A DNA stretch of 64,000 nt, from the NCBI RefSeq assembly GCF_963921235.1, contig NC_086097.1, positions 72,852,001-72,916,000 on the forward strand. Direction: 5' to 3'. The stretch's first letter is position 1, and every line of letters begins with the position of its first letter. The notes beneath the pieces are model-generated. The model was not told the DNA's origin. It did not search any database and saw only the letters and a program-made list of their open reading frames with translations. Shown piece after piece: positions 60,200 through 64,000 of this stretch. Position numbers and translations under genes: made by a program. The stretch comes from Mobula hypostoma. Lineage: Eukaryota.

Positions 60200-60907
60200 A
60201 TTATACATCAGTATATAAAAGGGAGATTGAAAATCTGGTTGAATGCTGTTATACATTTCAAATGGGTTTCTGTCCATGTTGGGATTGAAGGAAATGAGGT
60301 GGCAAATATACTTGACAGCAATCATTTAAAATTAAGGATATAAATGTAGCGGTGCCTTTGCACAAAGGGGAGATGAAGTCCATAATTAAGAAATATATTC
60401 ATTGACTGTGGCAACAAAGTTGGGATCAGGAAAAGAAAGAATGGCATTAATATAAAACTCAGAGGATGGTCGGAACTCAACTGGGTGATGGGAATAAAAA
60501 GAGGGAAGTAGTTATACTAACGTGTTTACATATTGGACATACTCGGTTGAACAATTCCTTGTTCAGAATTAATATGCATGATACGGGCATTTGTAGGGAG
60601 TGCACTTGTCAAGAAATGGTGCAGCATATACTGTTTGAATGCATATCCTTTGAGGTGCAAAGGAGACATTAATTGCTAAATTGAGAGCTTTGGGACAGAC
60701 ACAGTTTAAAATGGAAAGTTTGTTAGGATATCACTGTCATCATAATGTATACAACTCTGAAAAGCTTTAGACTTTGAGGTTTTTTGAAGAGGGGAACTTA
60801 GTGGGGAAAGTTCCTCTCTTTGCTCCATGCTGCAACTTAGCAGGTGGCAGTAATGCACCTTATGTGGGTTTGCCAACCACCATTAAACTTAATTAGAAGA
60901 AAAAAAT
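60200..60907 (+). mobile_element. I/Nimb-clade LINE 3' fragment (RNase H end + CCHC)
   Basis: FKWVSVHVGIEGNEVA, WQQSWD, TCLHIGHTRLNNSLF..GICRECTCQEMVQHILFEC; 3' end GGTGGCAGTAATGCACC...AGAAGAAAAAAA. Confidence 0.8.
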
Positions 60908-60959
60908 CATGTCGAATGGTACCATAACAAGATAGCTAATGTGGTTTTGTTATTTTAGA

Positions 60960-62800
60960 AGCCTAACATCAGTAGTGGGAAAGTTATTGGAAGGTATTCT
61001 AACGGACTGGATACATAAGCATTTGGATAGTCAGAGACTGATTAGAGATGGTCATCATGGCTTTGTGCATGGTAAGTCATGTGTAACCAATCTTACAGAG
61101 TTTTTCAAGTAAGTTACCAGGAAAGTGGTTCCTTAAGGTTGTTATAATGGGGATGGTAATGGGGACAATTTCCCACTACCTATTATATAGCTTCTGCCTC
61201 AAATCGCCTCTGGAAACCAAGTGTGGCTTAGCTACCAAGTCTGCTGAAACCATTTCTGCTGACAGGAGAAGCAGCAAAGGCAGGTTACTGGCACCTTAAA
61301 AACCAGTCGCTTTGGGCAGATGGGGCTTCTCAGCCATGATTGGCAACTCATCTAGGAGAAGGGAAACTCTGATCTCAAAGCTCCGCTGCCCTGCGGCTAT
61401 AGCCACTCATGGGGAAGGCTTTGGGAGTAAACCCAAGGGAAAAATTCAGAGCTGGAGTCCCTAAGGCAGTCTTACTTTAAGTTTAATGTTGACTGGCAAC
61501 TCCTGCAATGCTGCTGGTACCAAACTGTATCAATGTCTGCCATTCCACTGGGTTTCTTCAGATGTGTGAAGATGGGGAACTTGCTACACAGGCAACAGCT
61601 TGCTCTGCATATCACACTACACAGGCTTGCATATCTAGACAGCTAGGACACAGTATCCATGGTCAGCTCTGACCGACGGAGGCCCTCACTCACTCACACC
61701 AGCAAGGTTGATGAAAGAAAGGCAGTGGATGTTGTTTACATGGACTTTAATAAGGTCTTTGACAAGGTCCCTTTAGTCAAGAAGCTTCAGTCACTTGGTA
61801 TTCAAGATGAGGTAGTAAATTGGATTAGACAGGGATCAGTCCTGGTTCCATCGTTGTTTGTCATCTACAGTATATCAACATCAGGATGATAAAGTGGTTA
61901 GCAAATGTGTTGATGACACCAAGATTGGGGGTGTAGTAAACAACAAAGCATCTTATCAAAGCTTACAGCAGGATCTGGACCAGCTGGTGAAGTGGCCTGA
62001 AAAATGGCAGATGGAATTTTATACAGACAAGGGCAAGGTGTTGCACTTCAGTAGGTCCAACCAGGGTAGGTCTTACACAGTGAATAGTAGGGCACTGAGG
62101 AGTGTGTCAGAATAGAGAGATCTGAGAATCCAGATTCATAATTCCTTGAAAGCGTCATGGGTGGATAGGGTCATAAAGAGAGCTTTTGGCGTATTGGCCT
62201 TCATAAATCAATGTATTGAGTACAGGAGTTGAGATGTTATGTTGAAATTGTATAAGACGTTGTTGAGGCCTAATTTGGAGTATTGTGTGCAGTTCTGGTC
62301 ACCTACCTGCAGGAACGATGTCAATAAGTTTGAAAGACTGCAGAGAAAGTTTACGAGGATGTTGCCGGGACTTGAAGCCCTGAGTTATAGGAAAAGATTG
62401 AATAGATTAGGACGCTATTCCCTAAATCAAAGAAGACTGACTGGGGTGGGGGGTGAGATTTGATAGAGGTATACAAAATTAGGAGGGGTATAGGTAAGGT
62501 AAATGCAAGCAGGCTTGTTCCACTCATGTTGAGTAAGAGAGAGGAACTGGAGGTCATAGGTTAAGGGTGAAAGCTGAAATGTTTAAGGGAACATGAGGGG
62601 GAGCATCTTCACTCAGAGGATGGTACAAGTGTGGAATGAGCTACCAGAGCAAGTGGTAGATGTAAGGTCAATTTCAGCATTTAAGAGAAATTTCGATAGG
62701 TAAATAGGGAGGGGTATGGGGAGTACGGTCCGGGCGCAGGTTGTTGGGAATAAGCAGGTTAATTCATTATGGGCTAGATAGGTCAAAGGGCCTTTCTGAG
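60960..62800 (+). mobile_element. 5'-truncated CR1 LINE with deletions
   Basis: VVGKLLEGIL, HGFVHGKSCVTNL, YMDFNKVFDKVP, CVDDTKIGG, RPNLEYCVQFWSP. Confidence 0.85.
61127..61698 (+). mobile_element. SINE-like insertion in CR1 (probably RTE-related)
   Basis: Flanked by degenerate TSD ACCAGGAAAGT / ACCAGCAAGGT; (CTCA)n tail; the CR1 reading rejoins across it. Confidence 0.6.
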
Positions 62801-62809
62801 TGTTGTTGT

Positions 62810-63670
62810 GATCTGTGACTGTAACATCAACTTCTCACTTAAAGTCAGCAACAAAGACTGTGGGAGAAAGAAGCTGGAAGTCCATGAGCCAGTGCTCATT
62901 GGGGGATTGGGATTAGAGAGGCTCAGTAACTTTAAATTCCTTGGCATTATGGTATCAGAGGAGTTATCCTCAAACCAGCACGTAAGCATCATCATAAGGA
63001 AGGCATGACAGCACCTCTGCCTTCTTAGAAGTTTGCGTAGAGATCAAATAAAACATTAACAGACTTCTACATTTGCACAATGGAGAGTATTCTGTCTGGT
63101 TGCATCGTTGGAAACACCAATGCCCAGGACCAGAAAAGCCTACAAAAAAAGTATTGGATACAGGGCTGTATCAGTCACAGGAAAATCCCTTTGCAATATT
63201 GAAGCTATTTACAAGGAGCACTGCCATAAGAAAGCATTATCCATCATCAAAGACCCCTATCATCCAGGCCATCATCCTTCTCGCTATTAACATCACAAAG
63301 GAGGTACATGAGCCTTAGGTTCCAATGACCAAGTTCAGAAACAGTTATTATCCTTCAACTATCAGGTTCCTGAACCAGCATAGATAACCTCACTCACCTT
63401 AATGATGAACTGACCCCACAACCTAGAGACTCACCTTCAAGGATTTTATAACTCATGTTTTTAGTATTATTTAGTTACTTTTTTCTTTACTATTTGCACA
63501 ATTTGTCTTCTTTTGCACATTGGTTGTTTGTTAATCTTCGTTATTTATAGTTTTTCATTAAGTCTAATGTATTTCTTTATTTTCCTCTAAATGCCTGCAA
63601 AGAAATGAACCTCAAGGTAGGTAGTATATGGTGACATATACATACTTTGATAATAAATTTACTTTAATCT
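62810..63670 (+). mobile_element. Rex1/Babar-type LINE 3' fragment
   Basis: HEPVLIGGLGLERLSNFKFLGI, FYICTMESILSGCI, ALSIIKDPYHPGH; tail TACTTTGATAATAAATTTACTTT. Confidence 0.8.
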
Positions 63671-64000
63671 CTAAATATCGAAACAACTATCAAAAGAGAA
63701 GAACTGGAATGCAAGAAATGATTTTTAAAAGGGGAGGGGCAAAGGGAAAGTTTGAAGTAAAATCTTTATCTTCCAAATATTCAACAGGAATTAACAAATT
63801 AGTAGATGAGACATTTCAATTATAGGCAGCACATTTAGATCATTGCAAAAATACTTTCAGACTGCTGATTGAGGTTGAATCAAATATATAACCCTTAAAT
63901 GTCACCATGACAGACAAATTCTAGTCAACTTGCTGTCATGAATTTAGTTCTTATCTGCCATTCAACGACAACTTCAATGTGTTTAGCAATTTTTAATATG

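Overview
Eukaryotic, repeat-saturated intergenic/intronic DNA. The repeat repertoire (esterase-ORF1 CR1 LINEs, V-domain tRNA SINEs, Penelope-like elements, Rex1/Babar, RTE, L1) suggests a vertebrate, probably a cartilaginous fish (inference). I recognise no host exon. Two elements stand out. (1) A decayed endogenous foamy-like (spumavirus-related) retrovirus on the + strand at ~53.2-58.7 kb: RT, tether, RNase H and integrase N-terminus, then env remnants, all collinear with prototype foamy virus (PFV) proteins as I recall them. It is interrupted by a hAT MITE and by a CR1 that itself carries a Harbinger insertion. (2) A very young Gmr1-type Ty3/Gypsy LTR element at 23740-28525 (- strand; 837-bp LTRs with one visible difference, CCAA TSD, tRNA-Pro-like PBS, PPT). 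Its single 946-aa ORF keeps Gag (SCAN-like, CCHC) and protease, while IN/RT/RNase H are eroded remnants that stay open and in frame. The rest is nested LINEs, SINEs, MITEs and LTR fragments. Boundaries of old elements are approximate, and all homology calls are by eye without database searches.
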